A stretch of DNA of 64,000 bases from Klebsormidium nitens (Eukaryota > Plantae > Klebsormidiophyceae), in assembly GCA_000708835.1 (NCBI GenBank), contig DF236975.1, positions 124,001 through 188,000 on the forward strand. The letters are read 5' to 3'. Below are positions 36,021 through 47,280 of this stretch, one piece after another. Both the position numbers and the translations under genes were made by a program. Each line of letters begins with the position of its first letter. The stretch's first letter is position 1. The notes below the pieces were generated by a model. It ran no database searches. It worked only from the letters and a program-made list of their open reading frames with translations, and was not told the origin of the DNA.

Positions 36021-37090
36021 AACCATGCCGGGCAGGGTCAATCAGCTGCACGGACCAGTTTTGTTAGCTACTTTCTCTGCAGACGTTGCCGCTGTGTGCA
36101 CCCACGTTGGGACAGCTCCTCAGTATCAGACTCACCACCCAGTGCATCAAAAAAACCTTGCTTCGAGCACCCCTCTGCTTATAATACTAATAGACGTGAT
36201 CTATCCGACAGCTGGACCAACGCCTGCCAACGCCTCTTTTTCTCTGCAGCGGAATCAGGCGTTGCTGTGTGTGGGAGAAGCTTGAGACTCAAGTCTCAGA
36301 GTCAGTCTCAGAGCCGGAGTCGGGCAAGATTTTCAACAGCGGCCAGCTGTCGGCCAGCCAGATTGAATGGAATGTCGCTTGAACTTGAAGTTGCGGGGTA
36401 CTGTTTCTTGTTGAGAGGTTTTCTCCTCTTGCGAATCAAATCGCATCGTAGCCCTCAATGAGCCTGAAGATGTCCATCGCAGGGTCTGGACTCCTTGGCG
36501 CAAAAATGCTTAAATTGAGCAGTCTTGAGAACAGGGCATATTCAGCCCCTTGGGAAGTTGCATTCGGGTTGACTCAGGAGTCAGCAGCGACTGCAGATCA
36601 GTGCATGTCCAAACATCAAAGCAAGCAATTAAATGATACACTGACTGACACTGACAGAAACATTGTCATAGTAACATAGTAAGATTGAAGTATGGCTGCC
36701 ATGCCTGTGACCTGCCATTGTTGGCATTGTCATTGTTGGCATTGACCGAGACAACTTGTTGATATGCAGACCAGGCGCAGTGCCTCGCTGCTCAGCAACG
36801 CTCTAAACTTTCAGCTTCTTTGCTGACATTGAGAGCTCTGTGTTTCTTTCAGCGAGGGGCGTAGGGAGACATACCGGGTCTTACAGTGGCTTGCTTGCAG
36901 ACACAGACAGCTTATTACTTGATTGTGGCGTCTCATCTCGCTGAAACGCATTGGACGCCTAAGAAAGTATTGGTAGTGATCTCCAGTGGTATTTTGGCAG
37001 AGGATTCAGAGGTAGTTGTGTTTACAGACGCGGCAAATCATCTGGCCTCTTTCCATCTAAAGCAGCTGGCATCTCCAAACGGCAGCCAGA
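36021..37090. promoter_or_regulatory. Putative shared/bidirectional promoter region of MAD2 and the AKTIP-like gene
   Basis: Two divergently oriented start codons about 1.07 kb apart. Inferred from geometry only. Confidence 0.4.
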
Positions 37091-39850
37091 ATGCAGATGG
37101 AATCAAGGCTACCTCCGACTGCATCCACCTCAGGGAGGCTAACTGAGCCCCGTCTGCAGTCTCAGCATGGGCGAGAAGCTGTACTTCTCATTGAATAGTA
37201 GGTGCATCAAGTTAGTCACTACTCTTTTGCTGCATTTATAGTAGCTCAACTCCGCTGGTAGAGGAAAGGAGAAGAGACAGGATGCCTGCACTCCCGACTC
37301 TTCTTACGCTCATCGGTGGTCCAGGAACTACTTGGAGCACCAATTTAAGCACTGACCTTTCAACAATGAACTCGAGTCTTGACCATTACTTCCGGCAGTC
37401 ATTCATACAACAATCCTACCCTTGTCACCCAAAAGAACTGCTTCCAGGTTGCCTCAGATGCCAGCAAGCAACTGTTGTTAGAGGATTGAAGGTATGTATA
37501 CAAAGGTTTGCCCTTATCTACTGCAGTAGGAACCTGAAGTACCATGCACCCCCGGGTGTCTATGTCATGCCATCATTTGAGAGTTTACAAGGTGAGATGT
37601 TACACTCTCCTCAATCGGTGCTCTTCCAATGGTCACACACTCCTCCATCCTCCATGCTCCATCATGCTCTGCAGCTTGCTCTCTATTGCCAATACGAACA
37701 GTCCGGTCCATTGTAGCCCAGCCATAGCTCGTCCTTCTCATGCAAGCGCTTGAAGTGTCTGCGCCGAGACAACCTCATCAAGGCAGAACTGATTGAGACG
37801 ACGACAGTGTAGAAGCTCTATCTCTTCACAAACAATCTTTCTGAGAATTGTTATCAAACCCGATGTTCTAATGATGATTTGGTCGGATTCCAAACAATGG
37901 TTTCCATGTGCAGCCTGGGAAGGTGCTGTGTTTGTGAGGCAAGGCCTGTACAAAGGAGGGATTTTCAAATTCACAATAAGAATACCAGACGGGTACCCGA
38001 AGGAGTGGCCTAGTGTCAGATTTACGACCCCACTGCTTCACCCACAAGTAGACTCGCAAGGGTTTCTGAACTTGACACTACTGCTGCAGGGTCAGACGCT
38101 TGTCCAAGTGAGTGTCTCCCTGTCCTGAGTGTTGCAACCGATATTCCGAGAGTCCTCAGCTTCACACCTTGCGCGTTGGTCAAACCTGTTTTGCCAGATT
38201 ATGATCAGCTTGAAGACTACCATCTGAGTTGTCCGCAATTGCTCACCACCTGCGTCATCAATGAATCTGCCTTTTGAAGCATTCAGGGCCTCCATCAGAA
38301 AATCAGACTTGCTAACCAAAGACTTGCTAACCCGAGCAGTACACAGAGCAACTGCAGGGGTTTGGGCTTTGAATATGAAGAATCGATTATGAGAGTGTTC
38401 ATGAAACTTATAAGTGTCCACCAATTCATGTTTCTGCCATTTCGATGCAGGGATACATCGTCTCTCTCCTGAAGTACATACACGATGTCTTCCATAGTAT
38501 TGTTACAGAGTCGCCCGCCAACCCATATGCTGCTGTCATGTAAGGCATTCGACTAGTTTTTGGACAGATCCCCACCTTGAATCCCTCCTCCACTTTGTTC
38601 TTGCCCCTTCCCAAACATTGGCAGAATGTTATTTTTTGATTGAAAATTCTGCACGAATGTAAGGGAAAGAAAGTGTTGCCCCTTAAGAAAGGCCACCTGA
38701 AGGTACAATAAATTGAAACCTCCAGTTCGATTGAATTTAAGTGATATGAGCTGGCAAGTGCCAGGTTCTGAATCGACAGGCATTAAGGTCGGCCCAGGCA
38801 TCCACTTTCATCGACCAGGTTTTTTATTGTGCAAATTCGACTTTGGAGCGTGAAATTCTGGTCAGCAAATCCACTTTGCTTGGACACATAAGACGACCCT
38901 CTTTCGAGAAAGGCTGACTCTGACCAGCGTTGCAGGTACAAAGACGCCCGGCGGCAGTTCGCGCAGCAAGCAGAGGACTGTGCTTCGAAATCCAGCAGCG
39001 CTGCGCTGCAGACAAGACCTGGGGCCAGGTCAGGACTCAATTCGAGCAATACTTTCTTTCCGAGTTTGCGTGTTATGGCAGCACTATGAGTTCCGAAAAG
39101 CATCTGCATGAGATCCTGCTGACGCCACGCCTGGAAAAAGACAAAAATTCGATCGAAATGCTTTGCACATCAGCGCGATCGAATGCAGCACAGGAAACAA
39201 GGAGGATCTTTGCCGTCTTTTAAGTCAGAGTCGTCACTTACAGAATTCTCCTAGCGGGAATTTTCTAGATCGGTCTGTGTTTCGAGGGAATTCGATTCTG
39301 CAGGCTATCATTCGTTGCATAGCCTGTTTGAGGCTCCCTTTTCAGATCTGGGAAACAAACTAATGGTGTAAACAACCTCCCAACACATCTTCCATATGCC
39401 CTTTACGCTAGACCAGATGCGCACTCGACTGCCATACTTTAAATTTTAACATGTGTCATGTGAACGAAAGCACAGTAGTCGAAGAATGAGAAGAATAGTT
39501 ACACGTAGCAGTCGGTGTCTTACACGACCGCGCCCGACAATGATTGGCTTTCAGGACGGGCTCCCCATTTTGCCTTGAAACGGAAGCTTGTCGCGCTTTG
39601 AGCTCAATTCGTATCGTCGACGCTTGCAAAGAGATCCAGCAAGGTGACTTCTGATTGCCTTACGAGGTTCTTGATGTGTCTTCTCGCCCATGACAATTAC
39701 ATTTGGATACTCAAGTTGTTAGATACAGGTATATTGACAGCATTCTCGATTTTAAAACCCAAATCTATCTGTCTGTGCAGTCTGCGGTTTCAAGAATTCA
39801 ACCTCGAGCATCAAGAGGCCTTGGAGGACATCTTGCAGCGACAGATTTGA
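37091..39850 (+). CDS. AKTIP: AKTIP/FTS/crossbronx-like ubiquitin E2 variant lacking the catalytic Cys
   Basis: Exons 37091-37197, 37527-37591, 37914-38107, [one or more unresolved], 38936-39028, 39781-39850. Motifs LLIEY, APPGVYVMPS, WEGAVFVRQGLYKGGIFKF and HPQVDSQGFLNL (Asn where E2 enzymes have Cys). Confidence 0.85.
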
Positions 39851-41796
39851 GGACCATCGAGCTGACTGCAATAATCGAAGACTCTTTATCTAGGATGTAA
39901 AATGCGGGCGTTTGTGTACCATGCTGTTTGACCATGTAGTATCCTCCCCACCTCCCTGACCTTTTGAGCGAAGGTCCTCCCATCCAACTGCCGAAGTCAT
40001 ATCATTGGCCATGCGTGATGGGTGCGTGATCCTATCGTTTGAATACTAGGCATGACTTGTAAAAGTATTATCACTCCCTCTTTTAACACTTCAATCAACC
40101 ACTAATTTTCCATTGTTTGTAAGGTGTTTAGCGGACTGTCGGATGGTGCCGTGCCAACCTTTGCTTCGTCATACTTGTTGCATTGAACCACGAGGCAGCT
40201 GAAAATGATTACGGATGCCACTTGGCACGAAATTATTGTGCGCCTGTCGCACGTGCTAATATAATAATAGCGGATTTGTATCGCTAGAATTCAACCCTCG
40301 ATTGGGACTAACACGATAGAACCAGAGTCTCGAGTACTCGCATGCAAATGCTGTTCCTAATACCTATCCTCCGCTCGAACGGGTCGGCCAATCATAGATT
40401 CGCGCGCGCCAGGTTTAAAAGCTGGCGGTAACGTCACAGTATACTACGAACGGGCCTACAGGTACTCAAGCACTTTGTCAAGCACTTTGAAAATTTCCCG
40501 GGTAAATCCACGGTAGATCCGATGCGCATCTTAAAATCCGGCATGCGAAGCAGTCCGCCGGCTCGAGCCGGAGGTCAGCGGAACAAACATTCCATTTACC
40601 AAATTGGCGGTCAATATTCCGCCACGTATACCAAAAAGTGCATTTTGTATATAGTCATGCACACGAGCGGACTGCGCATTTCCGGCGGAACCTCAAAACG
40701 TGCGAAATTGCAATTTGCCTCGCCGCGTAACAGATCCCCGAGGCGTCGGGGACTTCTGGAAGGTCACGGGACTTGCCTTTCCCACCCCTGACGTCCATCT
40801 ATCAGCCGTTCGATCCTGCCAACGAACGATCGAACGGTATCGATCCGCTTGTATGTCGATTTGGGGTGGGGATCCGGAATGCGGCGCGAACAAACAGCGG
40901 AATTTTTGGAATTTAGTCATATCCACGCGTCAGATTCGAAGATTCTGACCTGGCGCTGAAGATTCATCCCTTGCGAACCTTGCTGGTTGGCAACAGCCAA
41001 TGGCTGGGCAGCCATGCGCCATCCTCCCGCCCCAACTGTTTAGGGAATGGTGTCCCTTCTTCCTTGACGTGCTTTCATTCCTGGAAAGTGGTCAACGGAA
41101 GCAGCGCTCATCTTTCGCCACCAGCTGTGGTGGCATCCGAGAATTCTTTGTTGATTGCATCGGGGATTAGAAAGGCGCACGTGTCTTGGGGAAAGGCTTT
41201 GGGCGGCCGGTTTGGGTAGGTGGGGAGCTGGTGGAAGAAGGAAGGATCGTAGCAGTCAAGATTGAAACGCACCGGGTGGGAATGGTTGGCAGGCGGGTGT
41301 GAGCGGATGTTTGACAAGTAGACTTTGGCGTAGCTGTGGTGCTCAATCAGCACTCATCTGTGAGAATTTGACAGAGGAGGTCGAAGCTTGAAGTTTTTTA
41401 GGACGTCAGCTGTGCACTTGGTGACCCGTCGAGGGTAGAGCTTGATTTCCAAGTATTGATACAGAAGCTGGGTGCGCATTCAGGGTTCCTGCTTGCAAGG
41501 GTTTCAAGGCTTTGCAGGGGCCTCTTGAGTACAATGCTCAGCCATCTTAGCTGAGGCAACAGTCCACCATTACCTGTCCTTTGATCCCAGCGACTTGTTG
41601 AATAAGGAGTCTTTAGACGACTGTACAGCGAGCTTTGGTGTAGGCTCATCATTTGGTTTCTTTTCGCTAGTCAATGGCAATAATGCACGCAGAGGCATAG
41701 TTCATATCGGCTCGTTACAACGCAATAACGGTTCCTTACGCATCTTGGTCACCCTCCTAGATGCCACCCTTTCGAGAGACCTCGGCCACCTTCCAG

Positions 41797-44700
41797 ATGG
41801 CCAGTGCCGTCCCCTGGAAAAGCGAGGGCATTGCCATTCCTGCATCCAATTCCTTGCGGATTACCAGGAAGGTGGAGTGGGAGGCTGGGGAAGAAGCTCA
41901 TGAGCCTGAGTTGGAGGATGCTCTATCCGCCAACTCGAGCGGCAGCAGCCCCAGAAGAATTGGGGATCCTGCGGTGGGGTCTCTTCCGAAGCGTGCGCGG
42001 TTGGCGTGCAAGGACCGCGTAGGGAAGCTGGTTATCTCAGGAAGTGTTCCCAACCAGGGTTTCATGCACTTGGCGAGGTCAGCACCGGCGCCAGTGATCG
42101 GCGCCGCCGTTTCCGCTCAGTTCAGCAGCAGTCCGTTTGCCAGGCTGACTCTCCAGCCGGGGTCGGTGTCAAATGGAGCCAGTTTGCACCGCCTGAGAGG
42201 AGTCCCTGCTCACAGTGTGGACAGGACGCTTGTTAGCGAAGAAGGGAAGGAGCCGTTGGACCGAGAGCCAGGGTACTCTTCCAAGTCGTCGGACGACGGG
42301 TTTAGGGCGGGGTTCAGCGTGGATCCTGACATGGAGTCTGATGCTGAGAGCAGCTTCTGGCCGGCAGAGCGGATGGAAGGGGTGTATAAGCCAAGCAATG
42401 GGGTGGCAACGGAGAAGAGTTTGGTTGCGGTCCTCGACCAAGGGACAGAATTGAAAGAAGAAGCGTCGGTGGATGAGAGGACGGATGTCATTGGACGCAT
42501 GTCTGAGGTAAGGGCTGCTTCAGAGTGCACGGCTTGAACTTTCGTGTGCCGCGTTCGGGGTGTAGATTCTGCCCCGATCAACATAATTGCCTGCAGCAAG
42601 AAAGGCCTGTAGAAAAACTCCTATGGGATTTTAGGTTACAGTCCACAAAGCATTGTTTAATTACAGCCTGTCATGGAAATGGTGGCAGGGAATATTGGAT
42701 TCATTGTCTTTCAGATGTATGTGTTCTGGTTAGACTTCAGTTTGATTGTCTGGTTGAAAGTAATCTGGATGTGTCCTGCTCCTCTGAGTATGGCACTTTT
42801 TCTCGGAGTGAAGTGTCTGATTTCAGCTAAGCCCGCTTTTCCATGTGATCCTTTTTAGTTATGGTAATGGATTCTTGGTCATGCCAGGCTTTGTGGTTAA
42901 GCCCTTGCTTACATGCCGGACTTTCTTGTATTTGTGCTCTTCTCTTATAGTATCTGCTTGCATGCTTTGTTCTTGCCTTCTTTCTGTGGCAATGCGAGCA
43001 ACTTTCTCTTTCTATCAAAGCTTATAGATACAGGCGCAAGATCAGCATGTTCGGTTGCCTTTCTCGCTGCATAAATTTCATGTCTGCAACATTGTCTGCA
43101 TTTAATTTCCTGTATGTTGTGGTGCGTCTACCCTTACGTGGCTGTCGCAAATCCAATCTCCTCACATGTTGTCTAACGTCTCTATACAATGTTGTTCTTG
43201 CCAGCCCCGTTGTACTTCTTCTCATGTAGATGGAGCTCTTTCCTTTCCCTCGCCATCGCAACAAATGAAGCCTTTCTTCTCCTTTCCACCTGTAGGGCCT
43301 CTCCTGATTGTTTGGGACCATCTGTCAGTTCCTGATACCCCCAGTTCTGTGATGTAGCATATCGTATCCGGTGCAATAGTCTGTGTAACATAGAGCTTTC
43401 ATTCGCACCTTCCAGGTTCTCGGTTATGCATTCATTCTCCGTGTCCGAATCTGTCGGGCCTTGTTTCTTGCAGGCCGCAAGTGAAGCTTCCTTCCGCCCC
43501 TCCGTGCTCTACTTCGCCGTCCTGGCCATGGACCTCTGCCTGGCAACGATGTGGCGCCCCCTGGGCCAGAAGAACGTCAACCGCGCGCGGGGACTTGGCT
43601 TCACCTGCCTATATCTTGCCGCCGCTCAGCTGGGGGCCCCCATCCCCCTGGAAAAGTTCTGTTCGCTTTCGGCGGTACAGGAGAGCTGGGTTGGGGCGCC
43701 GATGATCCGGCAGCAGCAGCAGGAGGTGATGAGTTTGTTGGACGTGGGGGGGCAGGCGAGCGGGCTGGACGTGGGAGAGCTGTGGGGGAAGCTAGTGCGC
43801 GCTACCGGAAAGGCATCGGAGGTGAGCATAGCTCTTTGTGTCTCGGGTGGCTGTGTTTGTAGTATTATTTCAATCAAACATTCGGGGTTAAAATAGTGTT
43901 TGGCTAGGCATCACTTGGTCAAGTGGGATGATTTGATATCAGGTGATTATGGAGTGAATTAAGGATTGTCGATAATGGTGGGCTCTGTGCAGAAGTTAGT
44001 GGGTTTGAATCGCAGAGAAGTTGGCAGATCCTGATTGCCCTGTGATCAAGGCAACGGCAATTGGGCCTACCACCTCAACTTTCCGAGTAATTGTTTGTCA
44101 CCTTCCTATGGTAACACTGGCTTTCACATAGATTGGAGTGTCTCCTCCTGAAGAGGAGGGGTTCTGGGTTCATGTTTGCCCTGGCAGATCGAGCATTGGA
44201 CACTCGTCTAAGGTTCTCTGTGTGTGTGCAGGCTGTGTATATGGCGGAGTTTGTGTCGCTTCTGGCGGGGTCCGAGTATTCGGTGGACCATTTCACCATG
44301 GATATGATTACCTTCTCGTCTGACATCCTGGATGCGTCGGGCGACACAACTGTCAAGAGTCAAGCGAAGGTGAGTCAAACTCTCAGCCCAAGACTTGCTT
44401 TGGGTCGGAAGGTGAAGGGAAGTGTTCAACAGAGAAGCAATGGAACTTGCTGTTACTTGTTGCGTCATTTTTTTGTGGTAGCAAGACTGTTAAGAGCGAT
44501 TTGCGCTGACTATGGCATTGACCCGACTTTTGTTGTATTTGAACAGAGGGAGGTTGCTAGATGCTCATTAAAAACTACTCAATTTGCCCCCTTTCCAGAA
44601 GCAACGAATGGCTCTGGCTAAAGCTCCTCTCTGATTGGCCCGTCTGGGCGTCTTTTGGGTGCCGACGCTTGCCTGTCAGGTAGCCCCCACTCATCGGGAC

Positions 44701-44919
44701 TTTCTCTGCTCGTGTCAGGTCTTGGCAGACGTTCTGTGCCCGGAGGTTCCTTGCCCGAAGCCTGCAACAACGGAGCAGAAGGACAGCCTAAGCGGCGGGT
44801 TTGTTTTTGGAGCCGTTCTCCCCGCCCTCAAGAGCCCCTCGAAGCCGCACTGCCGTGCCCAGGCGGGGCCGGTTACCGCATTCAAAAGCGGGTCTCAAAG
44901 GCTGGTTAAGTGGAGGTAG
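41797..44919 (+). CDS. Divergent cyclin-box protein with a long disordered N-terminus, ~465 aa (an upstream exon is possible)
   Basis: Exons 41797-42507, 43474-43821, 44232-44369, 44719-44919, all phase 0. Cyclin-fold pattern RTDVIGRMSE...LYFAVLAMDLCL...LGFTCLYLAA...IRQQQQEVMSLL, then AVYMAEFVSLL. Confidence 0.6.
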
Positions 44920-45719
44920 TTACTTAACCGCAACGGGGGGGCCGCAGACTCTCTGCTTTTGAGGGGCGAATTGCCGCCTCGAAAGGAGTTCTTGCATCAC
45001 TCGTGAGGGGGTGTTTGAGCGAGCGAGGGTGTGTCCGAATGAGGCCAATAAGTAGTCATAGGGAGCTGCAACGTGCGAGCGGGGCGTCCTGATCGGTGGT
45101 GTTTGAGACGGGGAGTCGTTTGTGTACATACGTGGTGCGCGGTCGGTGTGAAGCGGGCAGTGGCGAAGAACAGGCTGGCAGTCGTGTTGCTAGTTGTACT
45201 CTAGGTCTTAAGAAAATGGAGACGAGACGTTTCTTTCCACGGCTACTAGTTGTATCAGCTACATGGTGCCTCCGAGGTTCGTAATGAGAAGCCGTGGCCC
45301 CACGTCTGTAGCGAGGACCGGCTGCCAAGGTGTAAATTAGTAGTATCAAACCTGGACCCTAGCATAGGTGGTCCCAATCCTGCCTTGGGGCCTGAGGAGC
45401 CCTTGAAAGATCCTGATTCTGTTGACGATCTCAAATTGAAACATTCTTTGATGAAACAAGAACTGAAGACTCCAGTCAGTAATCACTTATCTGTCGCTGC
45501 TTCACAAGAGCTTTTAAGCTTTACAGTCCTCTTCAAAGAATGCAGTTTGTTGCAACAGTTGCTCCTGCAACCACTCCTTCTCGCTGTAAACCATGCGTAT
45601 CCTTCTTCAAAGATCAAGGGTGTGGTTGCCGGCTAGCTATCACTTGCATCATATCGCTTTGAACTATTTCATGACTTGTGTGGGGTCCGTGAATCAATTG
45701 ATTGATTTGGTTATCTACG

Positions 45720-46140
45720 CTTAATCACAGGCGCCGGCCCTCAATGGCTGTAGGTCTGTCATGTGATTGGTGCGTGCACCATGATGTGCATAGGCCCGAC
45801 CATCGCGCGGCACATACCTGCATAATAGGCTATCATTGGTGCTAATCATCAAGCTGCCGCCGTATTTGCGATGTTCCTTGTGACGTACCAAGATGAATGC
45901 GTCCGCCAATCGACAACTAATACATTACCGCCGCCCTATTTCTTAGTGCGAGTAAGTGACGCCGCCTGGCGTGCATATGGACGTTATCAATGTAAGAGGG
46001 CTTGGTACTGACCGCGGTAATTATAGTATCATTGTAGCTGCAGCGTGCCCGTCGTACGTCTAGGTACGTACTTGCTTTGATGCATGAGCCTGGAGATCCG
46101 TCCTTCCTCCTCGTGGTCGGAGCCGGCGGTAGGTGATCCA
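45720..46140 (-). mobile_element. Second degenerate TATE/VIPER-like RT fossil
   Basis: Minus strand reads KASTYL...IITAVS...SYIDNVHMHARR...AFILVRHKEHR, collinear with the 27-kb fossil (LITAGR...FVDNIRVASSR). Weak and unverified. Confidence 0.35.
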
Positions 46141-47029
46141 TTCAAGCTATCCGTTCCGACAAGCTATAAGCCTGAAAGTGCTCGGAACAGAATGTGGTAC
46201 TGCATGCAACCGTCATATCAATTTATGTCTGTCGTCTGTACTTCCTATTACAGCGTTCCTCACTCCTACGATCCTGGGCTGTTTAGGTAGGGCTGTACTC
46301 AAAATTGTACTGTTGCTCGATCAGTGCATGACTGCTGCTACCCGTATAGTACGGTACTGTCAACTTTTGATGGGTCATCCGAAAATATTTCAACAAAGAA
46401 TGTCGGTCCAGTCCAAGTTTGTCTCGGAGTCGAATCCGTGCTGAAGCCTATTTATGTACTACTCTCTCTACATGCAATAAGGACCTGATTCTCTGCGTTA
46501 GCGGACCAGAGTCGCTTCGTTTCTCACACGTAGTAACAAGCCAGTCTAGTCATGATTCATGCAGTCTCAACATCAACTCTCCGCACGTCTTTGGCAGCTG
46601 ATTGGGCTGTTGCAGTTCATGGCGGCTCCCGATTTCTGTCTAGTCTACAAAATTGTTGGCGGAATCTCATGTACGGGCCGCCGTTTCACCTGCTCTAAGT
46701 AGTCTCTAGCGCTGCCTGCCAAAATAACACCCGCTGTCGCGCGCAGGTCGACTGTCTTTGCAACGCCTGTGACGGCCACTTTTGACGGTCGCGCGATCTG
46801 ATTTCTCGGACTAATCTCGAACACTTTCCAACCCACACCTTCACCAGAGCCAGAGGCGAAGGTGACGCACAGGTCGCCGCATTTAATGCTCGGTACCAAA
46901 ATCCGGGCGGTGTCTTTCGAAGCCAATCTTCCTTTCCCAATTGTTCTCCCGAGCCCAGTGGAGCAACTCATATACCGCTCCCCCAATAGTTTTTCGCAGC
47001 CCCTTCTCAGCAACATCAACCTTATCCCG

Positions 47030-47280
47030 AGCGCTCCTTCCCTTGGCAACCCGGCCCCTTCTCCGTTTCCCCCGGGCACTCCATCTCATCTTTTCCCTGG
47101 TAACCCGACCCCATTTCTCTTCACCCGGGCAGTCATCTCCGTCCCTCGATCAAAGCCAACGCTCGTCTCACCCGAACGACATTTTCCCCGGGCACTCATC
47201 CTCTTCTTTCCCTTGGTAACCGAACCCCCTCTCCCTTCACCCGGGCAGATAACCCAAGCTACCGCTCTATTCACCCGGGC
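47030..47280. repeat. Degenerate tandem repeat (TTCCCTGGTAACC..CCC..TTCACCCGGGCA) around and downstream of the histidine-kinase stop codon
   Basis: Related units at about 47038, 47094 and 47207, plus a partial unit at 47268-47280 that overlaps the TGA. Confidence 0.6.
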
